From the IMG/VR virus record IMGVR_UViG_3300028569_002417, positions 124,001-188,000 of that record: a stretch of 64,000 nucleotides of DNA. One strand, 5' to 3'. Under the pieces are notes generated by a model. It did not search any database and was not told where the DNA came from. It was given only the letters and a program-made list of their open reading frames with translations. This document shows positions 36,497 to 45,763 of the stretch, in pieces; within the stretch, counting starts at the first letter, position 1, and the number at the start of each line of letters is the position of its first letter. A program made the translations under genes and the position numbers.

Positions 36497-36963
36497 CGAA
36501 AATGTCTTTATCTAGAAAAGAAATTCAAAAGCGTAAACAACGTCAAGAATCTGTGAGAAAAAAACTCACAGAACAAAGGGATGAAATACGCAAAGAACGC
36601 AAGTTAGTAGAAGTAGAAAGAAATAGGGAAAGAGAAATGTGGAAACTTGAACATGGAAGAACTCCTCCAGCTTTGCCCGGAAATCCTGAATTAGCAGCGA
36701 TTAGGCAGGCTGAAAGAGACAAGAGGATTTCAGAAAAATTAAATCATAACTTAGAAATTTTGAGAAATCTTGAGCAGGAATACGAGCGTGAACAAGCATC
36801 TCGTAAAGAAATCAATGATCGTCTTGAGTCAGAAGGCTATATGACAATGAAAGATAAGATGGATGCTCTTCACGAAAAAGCACTCAAAATGCAAAGAGTC
36901 GCAGACGATCTTGAAGAAGCAGCAAATATGAGTGATGTAAATAAAAATTGTGATGTAAAGTAA
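36493..36963 (+). CDS. charged coiled-coil hypothetical protein
   Basis: E/K/R-rich helical ORF; ATGA overlap. Confidence 0.8.
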   Translation: MTKMSLSRKEIQKRKQRQESVRKKLTEQRDEIRKERKLVEVERNREREMWKLEHGRTPPALPGNPELAAIRQAERDKRISEKLNHNLEILRNLEQEYEREQASRKEINDRLESEGYMTMKDKMDALHEKALKMQRVADDLEEAANMSDVNKNCDVK

Positions 36964-37020
36964 AAATAAAATATTTTTGTATTTGGGCTAAAGTTTTTTG
37001 TAGTTTCATGTGATAATAAT

Positions 37021-37048
37021 ACGGCGATGCCAACAAAGACATCGTCGT
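37021..37048 (+). promoter_or_regulatory. hairpin in the SSB leader
   Basis: ACGGCGATG/CATCGTCGT stem with a 10-nt loop, about 25 nt before the ATG. Confidence 0.5.
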
Positions 37049-37072
37049 ATTACTTTTTACTATGAGGCCACT

Positions 37073-38071
37073 ATGTCACTTGACTTTGAACCACTTGATC
37101 TGTCTGAGATTAACAAAGAGGCTAAAAGAGTCTCTGAAGAAGGCGCAGCCGCTGGAAACAGTGGTGATTATCTTGATAAATTCGTCAAGATGCCTGACCG
37201 TGATGGGTTTGTAATCATGCGTGTTCTTCCCCGCAAAAAGGGTGGAAGCGTATGGTGTGCAACTCGTGTACACACTCTCACTAATCCTGATACACGCAGC
37301 AAAAAGACCTACCATTGCCCACGCAAGTTGGTTGAAACCGACAAGGGTGAAAGATGGATGGGCGATTGCATTATTTGCAAGTATTACAGTGATTTGTGGC
37401 AGAAGTCTGAAAGTCTTTCTGGTAAAGCCCAAGAGGATCTTCAGAATCAAGCCAGAGCAATCAAGCCTGTAGAACGATATTACTACAATGTAATTGTTCG
37501 TTCTGAAAAGGACAAAGAAGGCAACATTAAAAAGAATGTCGGACCCAAGATATTCTCTTGCGGTAAGACAACCCACGCCAAGATCATGCTTGCCATGCGT
37601 GGAGACGAAGCAGCTGGTGAAAAGCCACTTGGAGACATCACTCATCCAAAGGATGGACGTGACTTCAGAGTCGTTAAGAAAGTTATCAAGGGTGGTGGAG
37701 GGATGGAATATCCCAACTACGATAACAGCAAGTTTGAAGAACCAACACCTGCTGGAAACCTTGATGAATTGAAATCATGGATGGAAAGCATTCATGATCT
37801 TCAGGCTCTTCGTGTGATCAAGACTTCAGATGAATTGAAGCAAGCACTTCGTGTTCATCTTGGCATGGTCAAAGAAGGACCAGCTGCCAATGATACAGAA
37901 CTCGATGAATTCAGGAAAGCAGGATCTGCTACTCCTTCCAAACCTAAAGCAGTTGAGACAATTCGTGAAGAATTAGTCGTCAGCAGCACTCCTCCTGTTG
38001 CTAAAGAAGAGTCAAAACCAAGCGATGATCTCGCCGATGACGACTTCCTGAAAGAACTTTCAGGCATGTAA
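37073..38071 (+). CDS. gp32-like single-stranded DNA-binding protein
   Basis: MRVLP, H...CP...C.IC Zn site, RYYYNV, GPKIFSCG, GRDF, YPNYDNSKF, acidic C-tail DDLADDDFLKEL; ATG 37073 after SD GAGG. Confidence 0.85.
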   Translation: MSLDFEPLDLSEINKEAKRVSEEGAAAGNSGDYLDKFVKMPDRDGFVIMRVLPRKKGGSVWCATRVHTLTNPDTRSKKTYHCPRKLVETDKGERWMGDCIICKYYSDLWQKSESLSGKAQEDLQNQARAIKPVERYYYNVIVRSEKDKEGNIKKNVGPKIFSCGKTTHAKIMLAMRGDEAAGEKPLGDITHPKDGRDFRVVKKVIKGGGGMEYPNYDNSKFEEPTPAGNLDELKSWMESIHDLQALRVIKTSDELKQALRVHLGMVKEGPAANDTELDEFRKAGSATPSKPKAVETIREELVVSSTPPVAKEESKPSDDLADDDFLKELSGM

Positions 38072-38079
38072 TCAAAACA

Positions 38080-38119
38080 GAATGGGTGTCCAGAGCATAA
38101 TCTGGACACCCATTCTTTT
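38080..38119 (+). terminator. rho-independent terminator
   Basis: Perfect 15-bp stem GAATGGGTGTCCAGA/TCTGGACACCCATTC plus TTTT. Confidence 0.8.
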
Positions 38120-38146
38120 CATTCTCTCAACATAAGGTGGTGTACT

Positions 38147-39364
38147 ATGGCAAAGAAAAAGATAAGCGAAGGCGTGGATGATAATTTTTTTGAAAATCTC
38201 GCAGAAGAAACCGGAGGCGATGTTCTTGATGCAATCGACTCAGTCAAGTATTTTGTTGACACAGGAAGCTTAGCACTTAATTATATTTGCTCAGGTCAGT
38301 TCATCACTGGAGGAATTCCCGGTGGTAAGTTGACTGAAATATATGGTCCAAACAGTTCATCCAAGTCTCTTCTTGGTGCCAATATTTTGTTTGGCACACA
38401 GAAAGTCAAAGGCATTCCTGTCCTCATGGATTGTGAAAATAGCGCCAACAAAGAATTCATTCAGATTGCAAGCCATTGTAATTTGAAGCGAATAGTAAGA
38501 CATACTCCAGAAACACTGGAAGCAGTTTTTTCAACAATGTACAGGGTTATTGAAAAAGCCCGTGAAAAAACAAGCAATGAAGTTCCTATCGTCATTGTTT
38601 ATGACTCGATTGGAGTAAGCCCCTCTGCCCGTGAACTTCGTGAAGTTGCTCTTCCAGAAAACTACACGAAAGAACAGTTCAAAAAGATTGTAGGGGGAAA
38701 TGAACAACCCGGTGAAAGAGCTAAAATTTGCTCAAGAGAATTAAGAAAACTCAACACGGTTATGGAGAAACATAACGCAACAGTTGTGATTCTTAACCAG
38801 ACTCGTGATAAAATTGGAACTTACATCCCCACCAAAACAACTGCTGGTGGTGGAAATGCCCTTCCTTTCTACGCATCTTGTCGTCTTGAAACCAAGACAA
38901 TGCAGAAAATAGAAAAGAAGATAAGCGCCAAAAAGAAGAAGATTCTTGGGATTAATGTGAAGCTCAAGAATGTTAAAAATAAGACTCACAGACCTTTTGT
39001 TGAGTCTGAGAATGTTCAGCTTCTTTTTGATAAGGGAATCAATCCAATTAGTGGACTTCTCTCTTGTTTATTAGATGCTGATAGGATTGAAATATCAGGA
39101 ACAGGATCATTTAAGGTTAAGCCTGCTTTTTCTAATGGTGAAGAAGTTAAATTCCGTGCAAGCATGGATCGCAATGATGTTCCTATGGACATTTTGCTAA
39201 AATGCCCAGCACTCATTGATGCCAGCACATCTGAACAGGTTGAGACTTATCTCGAACCTTATAAGCTGGCAATTGCTAGTAGAGCAGAAGATGATTCTGA
39301 TGTTGAATTGAGTGAAACTGATTCTTACGACGATGAAAACATCGACGAAGAATTAGAAGGATAA
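38147..39364 (+). CDS. recA: RecA/UvsX-like recombinase
   Basis: DTGSLALN, GGIPGGKLTEIYGP, IVYDSIG, ILNQTRDKIG, GGNALPFYAS. Confidence 0.9.
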   Translation: MAKKKISEGVDDNFFENLAEETGGDVLDAIDSVKYFVDTGSLALNYICSGQFITGGIPGGKLTEIYGPNSSSKSLLGANILFGTQKVKGIPVLMDCENSANKEFIQIASHCNLKRIVRHTPETLEAVFSTMYRVIEKAREKTSNEVPIVIVYDSIGVSPSARELREVALPENYTKEQFKKIVGGNEQPGERAKICSRELRKLNTVMEKHNATVVILNQTRDKIGTYIPTKTTAGGGNALPFYASCRLETKTMQKIEKKISAKKKKILGINVKLKNVKNKTHRPFVESENVQLLFDKGINPISGLLSCLLDADRIEISGTGSFKVKPAFSNGEEVKFRASMDRNDVPMDILLKCPALIDASTSEQVETYLEPYKLAIASRAEDDSDVELSETDSYDDENIDEELEG

Positions 39365-39372
39365 TCAAAAAA

Positions 39373-39404
39373 GTTTGAGGGGCATGAAAAAATGCCCCTC
39401 AAAC
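39373..39404. terminator. hairpin/terminator between convergent genes
   Basis: 13-bp stem GTTTGAGGGGCAT/ATGCCCCTCAAAC. Confidence 0.75.
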
Positions 39405-40430
39405 CTCTATCATGCTATATTCTTCATGTGTGAATTTGTCTTTTTGAAAAACAATAAGATTGTTGTGTACTTCATGTATGATTACGATCTTATTGTTTCT
39501 CACACACCAAAGACCAATTGTACGAATAAACTCTTCATCTTTTGAATTATCATCAAAAACTTTGATTCTATGATCGTCGCAAAATTCAACCAATTCTTTG
39601 TTTTCGTTGCTTCCAAATAAGAAAGTTTTATTTTTTAGTTCTTCGCATGGACTATCATTGTAAATTTCCATCCAGTCCATGAATTGTGGATTTTTATCTC
39701 TTCCAACCCAGTGAATGTGATTGAGATGACCACTGAAAATGCTATGATGACAAATGCTAGACTCATGTGTCAGGAATGGCACTTTAGTACCATAAATTTT
39801 ACACATGCGAAGACCATATGAAAGACCATGATCTCCATATCCTTCTGCAAATTCTTTTCTTATGTTAAAGTATTTCTTTGCATCGGTATTTTCAACGAGT
39901 CTGTTGATTGCAGCAAGGCTTGTTATCCCTACTTCTTGCTCATGTGCTGGAGCTTCCATGAACTCCGTTGATTTGCTTGTTCTGTACCACCATCCATATC
40001 CCATTTTTGTCAATATTCTTTGATCAGTGGCAAAGATGTCATATAAGAATCTTGATCCTAAATGGTATTCACGATTGTGATCGAAGTCTCTTTCAAGATT
40101 AGCCATCAATCCGCCAAGATCAGTGATGCTGTCCTCGTCCATTCTGATGTACCATTTGGCAAAATCCTTTTGTATATGCTTGCTGTAATAGTTGTAAATT
40201 CTTTGTGCTGTAAATGAATAAGGACATATTATGACATCAACATCAATATTTGATGGCCAATCATTTTTTAGAAAATCAGCACTTTCACCGCAATTTTTTG
40301 TGCCAAGAAATGATATGTGAATCCGCAAATCCTTAGTGTTCAAAAGACCATATTTTTTGAAGTCTTCTAATCTCATCTTGATTTGCGGACGTGTTGTGTC
40401 TGATGGTACTGCTATTTCAAAATCATACAT
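39399..40430 (-). CDS. possible GT-A glycosyltransferase (Fringe/GT31-like)
   Basis: WYIRMDEDS motif, GYGD, HIHW. Confidence 0.5.
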   Translation of the reverse strand: MYDFEIAVPSDTTRPQIKMRLEDFKKYGLLNTKDLRIHISFLGTKNCGESADFLKNDWPSNIDVDVIICPYSFTAQRIYNYYSKHIQKDFAKWYIRMDEDSITDLGGLMANLERDFDHNREYHLGSRFLYDIFATDQRILTKMGYGWWYRTSKSTEFMEAPAHEQEVGITSLAAINRLVENTDAKKYFNIRKEFAEGYGDHGLSYGLRMCKIYGTKVPFLTHESSICHHSIFSGHLNHIHWVGRDKNPQFMDWMEIYNDSPCEELKNKTFLFGSNENKELVEFCDDHRIKVFDDNSKDEEFIRTIGLWCVRNNKIVIIHEVHNNLIVFQKDKFTHEEYSMIEV

Positions 40431-40888
40431 TAGGCAATCCTATATGAATCTTTATCGACTTTGGCAAAACTAAAGCCTCTGGCTGATAGTTCAGCTTTAA
40501 TTTCTTTCATGTAACTGCAAAGATTCGATGAATTAATTCCATATTTTGAGTATTTTTCCTCAAGCTGCTTGATGTTTACAACTTTTTTGGACAAAAAGGC
40601 TCGACGTATTGAATTTTTAATTTTATTGGGAACGGTTTGTTTTAACTTTTTACTTGGCTTGGAAATTATTTTATTTTCAATAACGACATAATCATAATCT
40701 TGCTTTTTTTGTTTCTGATTACAAAGGACAGGCGCAAGTTCGTCTAGATCCAACAATTCGCCATTTTTAAGCTTTACTGTTGATAAATTTGCTTTGAAAC
40801 TGTTACAAAATTCAATCAACTGGTCAAAATTTTTCTCATCCGTGAAGAATTTTCTTTTATCCTTAAGTTCGATTAAAAGGCACTTCAT
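40430..40888 (-). CDS. hypothetical basic protein
   Basis: ATG 40888 after SD AAGGAG. Confidence 0.75.
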   Translation of the reverse strand: MKCLLIELKDKRKFFTDEKNFDQLIEFCNSFKANLSTVKLKNGELLDLDELAPVLCNQKQKKQDYDYVVIENKIISKPSKKLKQTVPNKIKNSIRRAFLSKKVVNIKQLEEKYSKYGINSSNLCSYMKEIKAELSARGFSFAKVDKDSYRIA

Positions 40889-40948
40889 TGATTGCTCCTT
40901 GTGTCTTGATGACACTTGTCTAAATAATTATAGGGAAATGCAAATAAA

Positions 40949-40977
40949 TTGCCACTCATCTTGGCTATTCTTATAAT
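40949..40977 (+). promoter_or_regulatory. sigma70-type promoter
   Basis: TTGCCA, 17 nt, TATAAT. Confidence 0.65.
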
Positions 40978-40996
40978 GTAATATGGAGGCATTTCG

Positions 40997-42019
40997 ATGG
41001 ATTCTTACAAAGAACATATCAACTTAAACTGCCTCCGCAGGTTTGGTTCAGAAATTGAAATCAATGCTTTTGATTTTCGCAATAGACCAGTAGGTCATAA
41101 TGAGGGCAGAATGCCCGAAGGCACACACTATATAGCAAACTTAGTGCAAAAGTCATCTGGTAAAATTGTAAAAATACACAAGTGGTCTTATGATCATAAC
41201 AACAGTAATTGGATTATAAAGCCAGATAGCAGTTGCGGAATTGAAATATGCACACCAGTACTTAAGGGCTGGGTAGGTCTTATGGAGACTTGTAGGGTAA
41301 TTGATGCCCTTGGGAACGATAATAAAGTTCATGCCGATGATAGATGCAGTTTTCATGTTCATGTCGATGTGAGCGATCTTAGCGAGCAAGAATTGGCAAC
41401 GGTTATCACATGGTGGATTAAATGTGAACCTGTTTTTATGGATTCAGTTCCAATCAACAGGAAGAGAAATCAGTATTGCCAGCTTTTGGGACAGTCTGAA
41501 ATATTTGAAAATGTTGAGGACGGATTCCATCCAAATGATTATCTGATCAGAAGACTTGGCTCTTGTAAGTATTACACGATTAATACTTATCATTATCACA
41601 ACAATAAGCGTAAAACAATTGAATTCAGAATAATGGATGGAGATTGCTGTCTTGATCCTTGGATAGCTAAAAATTACATCAGACTTCTTCTCCATTTTAT
41701 TGATAGATCATTGAAGTATGGAATGCCTAGTTCATATTATCCGGGTGATAAGTGGTCTGGTTATTGTTGGCTTGATCCAAGAGATGTGTTAGATTTTCTT
41801 GGATTTAATGAAAAACATGTTCTTTCACCTGCATGCAAACAGGTTCATGAATGGTTTTTAGATCGTTTGCATATGAATTGTAATTACTCTAATAATCATG
41901 GGATTATGGGAAATAATGCAAGAAGATATGCTTATAAGGAAATAGAAGATCTTTGCGCTGAATATGGTGATATAAACATAAATCATGATGATATATTCAG
42001 CGATAAGTTTCGCACATAA
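40997..42019 (+). CDS. putative amidoligase (COOH.NH2 ligase type 2)
   Basis: FGSEIE, KPDSS, GIEICTPVL, FHVHV, KYYTIN, TIEFR. Confidence 0.85.
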   Translation: MDSYKEHINLNCLRRFGSEIEINAFDFRNRPVGHNEGRMPEGTHYIANLVQKSSGKIVKIHKWSYDHNNSNWIIKPDSSCGIEICTPVLKGWVGLMETCRVIDALGNDNKVHADDRCSFHVHVDVSDLSEQELATVITWWIKCEPVFMDSVPINRKRNQYCQLLGQSEIFENVEDGFHPNDYLIRRLGSCKYYTINTYHYHNNKRKTIEFRIMDGDCCLDPWIAKNYIRLLLHFIDRSLKYGMPSSYYPGDKWSGYCWLDPRDVLDFLGFNEKHVLSPACKQVHEWFLDRLHMNCNYSNNHGIMGNNARRYAYKEIEDLCAEYGDININHDDIFSDKFRT

Positions 42020-42031
42020 ATTTAAGGTGTT

Positions 42032-42499
42032 ATGTATTTTTACATACAATCAAAACTAGATGATATTGTAAAAGAAATGAAATCTCTTGGTGAGGTTCTC
42101 GTTCCTTTTAACTATCCATTGAAACCGATTAGTAGTTGGGAAGACGACTTGGCAATTTTCAAAATGCGAGAAGTAACCATAGATGGTTATCAAATTTTCA
42201 TTCATTATCAAAAATCAGATTATACAGAATATTTGATTGAAACATTACAAATTCATAATATGAAACATCCATTTTTACCATTTTACATAGTTTCAAAGCT
42301 TGGTAAAAGGTTCTTTGGCAAAGATTATCTTTCGCTTATTGAAATTTACAAAGAACATCGAAAAATTTATATTTGGTCTGTTTGTTCAGATAGAAATGGC
42401 AATAAAGTGCCAATTCCTAATCAAACTGACACTGAAATGTGTGAATTTGAGGGACTTCAGTATCTTTATATGCAACCCAAAAATATAGATTTTTTCTAA
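42032..42499 (+). CDS. hypothetical protein
   Basis: 155 aa; SD AAGGTG. Confidence 0.75.
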   Translation: MYFYIQSKLDDIVKEMKSLGEVLVPFNYPLKPISSWEDDLAIFKMREVTIDGYQIFIHYQKSDYTEYLIETLQIHNMKHPFLPFYIVSKLGKRFFGKDYLSLIEIYKEHRKIYIWSVCSDRNGNKVPIPNQTDTEMCEFEGLQYLYMQPKNIDFF

Positions 42500-42565
42500 T
42501 TCGCATGGTGAATATATACCTCGTAGCGTCACTCTTGGCGCTTTCCTTTAACGAGGTGTCCAAAC

Positions 42566-42865
42566 ATGAAAAAACGAAAAATTCAGGCTCTCATCGTAGA
42601 GCATCTTCTGAAACATGGACAATTGGAAATTCTTCTCCCTGATGGAGTTAAGCTGGAAATAGGCACTACTCAGGAAAATCAGAATGGTAAACTTGTAAGG
42701 AAAGATGATTATTGTTGGGTTATTGCATCAAGAGACGATAGGTCAACAAGTCTAGACGCTTATAACATGGGTCTTAGATTTTCTGATGACGATAAGATAT
42801 TGGTTTTTGAAGATAAATTCATTGATCAGGATGGCGAAAACATTAGAAGACTTGATGTTGTCTAA
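42566..42865 (+). CDS. hypothetical protein
   Basis: 99 aa; SD GAGGTG inside a hairpin arm. Confidence 0.75.
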   Translation: MKKRKIQALIVEHLLKHGQLEILLPDGVKLEIGTTQENQNGKLVRKDDYCWVIASRDDRSTSLDAYNMGLRFSDDDKILVFEDKFIDQDGENIRRLDVV

Positions 42866-43188
42866 ATGATATTACCATTCATTGACATGAAATTAAATTG
42901 TCCTTGTAAATCCAAAAGAAGCTCCATAGTTCCCTCAACATAGTTGTTGGGAACTAGAGGAGCATTGAATTCAACCCATATAATAAAACCATGAGGATTA
43001 AGGCTAAACCTTGATAAGGTCATCTTTACACCTTTGTTTTTTATTTTTTCTGGGGATATAATATCAAGGCTGCTGGCATTTTCTTGTATTTTTTGTAATA
43101 CATAGGCCATCAGTTTTGAACTGTCCAGAAAGTGTGTCCAGTTGGCAACAAGGATTTTTTCCAATTTGTCAGCATCAAAAATATTCAC
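42862..43188 (-). CDS. hypothetical protein
   Basis: 108 aa; GTG start. Confidence 0.65.
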   Translation of the reverse strand: MNIFDADKLEKILVANWTHFLDSSKLMAYVLQKIQENASSLDIISPEKIKNKGVKMTLSRFSLNPHGFIIWVEFNAPLVPNNYVEGTMELLLDLQGQFNFMSMNGNII

Positions 43189-43212
43189 ACTCGTGTCTCT
43201 GTGAGGATTAAA

Positions 43213-43467
43213 ATGAAGAAACCTGAAGTATATCTAAGAGAGTTCTGTCTTAAGCTTTCCGACGACAATCTCCGTTCAATTCACGGAAGATTAAGTCAAC
43301 GTCTTGGTGGCGATATGGCAGAAGCTGTTGACTTTTTGAGCGGAACTCGTGAAATTGACAAGTGGCTATCGTCAGCTTCTGACTGCAATGAATTTTATGA
43401 CATGATTGACCTGATTTATTTTGCAGTCAATAAGGAGCACGAAAAGAGGTCTGGAGTTGTTGTTTGA
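43213..43467 (+). CDS. hypothetical helical protein
   Basis: ATG 43213 after SD GAGGA. Confidence 0.7.
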   Translation: MKKPEVYLREFCLKLSDDNLRSIHGRLSQRLGGDMAEAVDFLSGTREIDKWLSSASDCNEFYDMIDLIYFAVNKEHEKRSGVVV

Positions 43468-43685
43468 TTAAGTACGCATTACATTTAATTCCAATGAGCC
43501 TTGCTGGTATTACCTGCTTGGCTCTTGGATTTTGTTGGGGAAGATCTCACGGTTATCGTGAAGGCGCAGCAGACGCCATCATTATGTTTGATAGCTTTGA
43601 TCGATCAACAAATAGAAACGATGGACAACGATTCAAAGAGAACAAAAAAATCCTTGATATGTTCAATGATAAAATTCCATATTGA
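43464..43685 (+). CDS. small membrane protein
   Basis: N-terminal hydrophobic segment then GYREG; TTGA overlap. Confidence 0.55.
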   Translation: MIKYALHLIPMSLAGITCLALGFCWGRSHGYREGAADAIIMFDSFDRSTNRNDGQRFKENKKILDMFNDKIPY

Positions 43686-43709
43686 AAACCTTGATTGATT
43701 TGCTATAAT
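43682..43709 (+). promoter_or_regulatory. sigma70-type promoter with extended -10
   Basis: TTGAAA, 16 nt, TATAAT, preceded by TGc. Confidence 0.6.
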
Positions 43710-43731
43710 CAAAAAAAATCAAGAGGTCTTC

Positions 43732-45756
43732 ATGCCGCCCATCATCAAAGTATCAGATCAAGATGTTTGCGTAGCCACATCAGAATTTCCATTCGCCAAA
43801 TGGAAATTTGAAAAATTCAATCCTGTCCAAAGCAGGATCATGGACTTCTACAATCAAGACTGCAATACACTTGTCGCAGCAAGGACAAGTGCTGGGAAAA
43901 CCGTAATTGCAGAGCAGTTCCTCTCTCAAGAAATTCGTGAAAGAGGAGGAAAAGGAATGTTCCTTGCCCCTCTCAGAGCTTTAGCCCGTGAAAAGGTAAC
44001 TGATTGGACAAATCCAGAATATCACCTCTCTGACCTAAAAATAAGCATCTGCACAGGTGACTACAGGTTAACCAAAGAAAGAACTCAAGAACTTGATGAT
44101 GCTGATATTATCATCATGACAAGTGAAATGCTTAGTCATCGAAGCAGGTCACACAATTCAGAACAAAGTCAATTTCTTAAGAAAATTGGTACTCTTGTCA
44201 TTGATGAATTCCACACAATTGGAGTTCATAATCGTGGAGATCACCTTGAAGTTGGATTGATGAAATTCACTCAAATCAATCCAACAGCAAGACTTGTTCT
44301 TCTTTCCGCAACAATGCCGAATGTAGAACAACTTGCAGAATGGGTTAGTTATAGCCTTAATCAAAAGCAAACATTTGTTCTAAGGTCAGAATATAGACCT
44401 GTTCCTCTTACAATCCATTATGAAACATATGATGACAGTATAAGAAGATATGATCTTTTAGAACAAGAAAAAATCAATAAGGCAATGGATATTGTTGAAT
44501 GGTATAAAGATGATAAGTTTATCGTCTTTACTCATACCAAAAGAACTGGCGAAATGATGAAGAAAGAACTTCAATCAGCAGGGATTGATTGCCAATTTCA
44601 TAGCTCTGACCTTGAATCAGCAGAAAGAGCAAAGGTAGAAGATAAGTTCCGTAACGATCCAAAATTCAAAGTAGTTGTTGCAACAAGTACTTTGGCGGCA
44701 GGTCTTAATATGCCTGCTAGAAGAGTAATTATTTTAGGTGTCAATCGTGGTGTTGACGAAGTAGAATCTCATGAAATTATTCAGATGTGTGGGAGATCAG
44801 GAAGATATGGCATTGATCCTATGGGAGATGCTTACATTCTTGTCCCAGAAAGCCAAGTAAATTTATATAAGCAAAAATTCAATAAGCCTAACAGGATTGA
44901 GTCTCAGCTTCTTGAAAAATCTGGGAATAATCATAAAACATTAGCATTTCATTTAGTTAGTGAAATTTATTTTGGTGGGATCGAAACAACAGATGATGTT
45001 CGCAAGTGGTTTAAGAGATCATTGGCTTATTTTCAGAACAAGGTATTTGATGATAGTGTTGTTGATTCTACTCTTGAGTTATTGAGGAAGTGTGGGGCTA
45101 TTGGTTTAGATGATGATAAGTGGAATGCCAGAACAATTGGCAAAGTTTCCAGTATGTTTTACATGAGTCCTTTTGATGTAAGCGATTTGTATTTTAACTT
45201 TAAGTCTTTGTTTGATTCTGGAAAAGAGAATGATGATCACATTCTTTCTTTGGCATTAGGCAATATTGACAGTCAAAGGTGTAATATTGTCAATAAGGCA
45301 GAGAAAGATGAAATGAGTTTGTATGCGAATCAGGCTAGATTGAAGTTTACTGGTAAGTTTTTGGCTGATGGAGCTATTAAGGCTGGATACTGTTATTATT
45401 CACTTTTGAATGGTACTAATTCACAAGCTTTGGCTAGTTTTCAAAGAAATTTACAGTTTGATTTCAATAGATTATCTCAGATTTTGATGGCTTTGGATAG
45501 CATAGGAGGTTCTTGGAATCGTTCTGGTTGGTTAAAAACTCTTGAGGGAAGAATCGCTTATGGTGTTCCTGTACACTTGATTGATTTGTGTCGAATTCCT
45601 AATGTTGGAAAAGTTAGAGCAAATAAGCTTTATGATGCAGGAATAAAAAGCATGAAACAGTTTCAATCTTGTGAAATTGGAAAACTTAAATCTCTTTTGA
45701 ATATGAAAGAAGATGCAGTTAAAAAAATGTTAGAAAAATCCTCTGATTTGAAGTAA
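43732..45756 (+). CDS. Ski2/Hel308-like SF2 helicase
   Basis: FNPVQ, RTSAGKT, VIDEFH, LSAT, RPVPL, ATSTLAAGLNMPA, QMCGRSGR, C-terminal HhH IPNVGKVRANKLYDAG. Confidence 0.9.
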   Translation: MPPIIKVSDQDVCVATSEFPFAKWKFEKFNPVQSRIMDFYNQDCNTLVAARTSAGKTVIAEQFLSQEIRERGGKGMFLAPLRALAREKVTDWTNPEYHLSDLKISICTGDYRLTKERTQELDDADIIIMTSEMLSHRSRSHNSEQSQFLKKIGTLVIDEFHTIGVHNRGDHLEVGLMKFTQINPTARLVLLSATMPNVEQLAEWVSYSLNQKQTFVLRSEYRPVPLTIHYETYDDSIRRYDLLEQEKINKAMDIVEWYKDDKFIVFTHTKRTGEMMKKELQSAGIDCQFHSSDLESAERAKVEDKFRNDPKFKVVVATSTLAAGLNMPARRVIILGVNRGVDEVESHEIIQMCGRSGRYGIDPMGDAYILVPESQVNLYKQKFNKPNRIESQLLEKSGNNHKTLAFHLVSEIYFGGIETTDDVRKWFKRSLAYFQNKVFDDSVVDSTLELLRKCGAIGLDDDKWNARTIGKVSSMFYMSPFDVSDLYFNFKSLFDSGKENDDHILSLALGNIDSQRCNIVNKAEKDEMSLYANQARLKFTGKFLADGAIKAGYCYYSLLNGTNSQALASFQRNLQFDFNRLSQILMALDSIGGSWNRSGWLKTLEGRIAYGVPVHLIDLCRIPNVGKVRANKLYDAGIKSMKQFQSCEIGKLKSLLNMKEDAVKKMLEKSSDLK

Positions 45757-45763
45757 ATAAATT

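Noticed and set aside
37076-37645. 189-aa antisense ORF within ssb, and similar antisense ORFs in other genes
   Set aside because: Shadow ORFs opposite well-supported genes, with no motifs or SD.
38344-38367. RecA Walker A reads GPNSSSKS rather than GPESSGKT
   Set aside because: T4 UvsX also lacks Gly at that position, so this is not evidence of inactivation.
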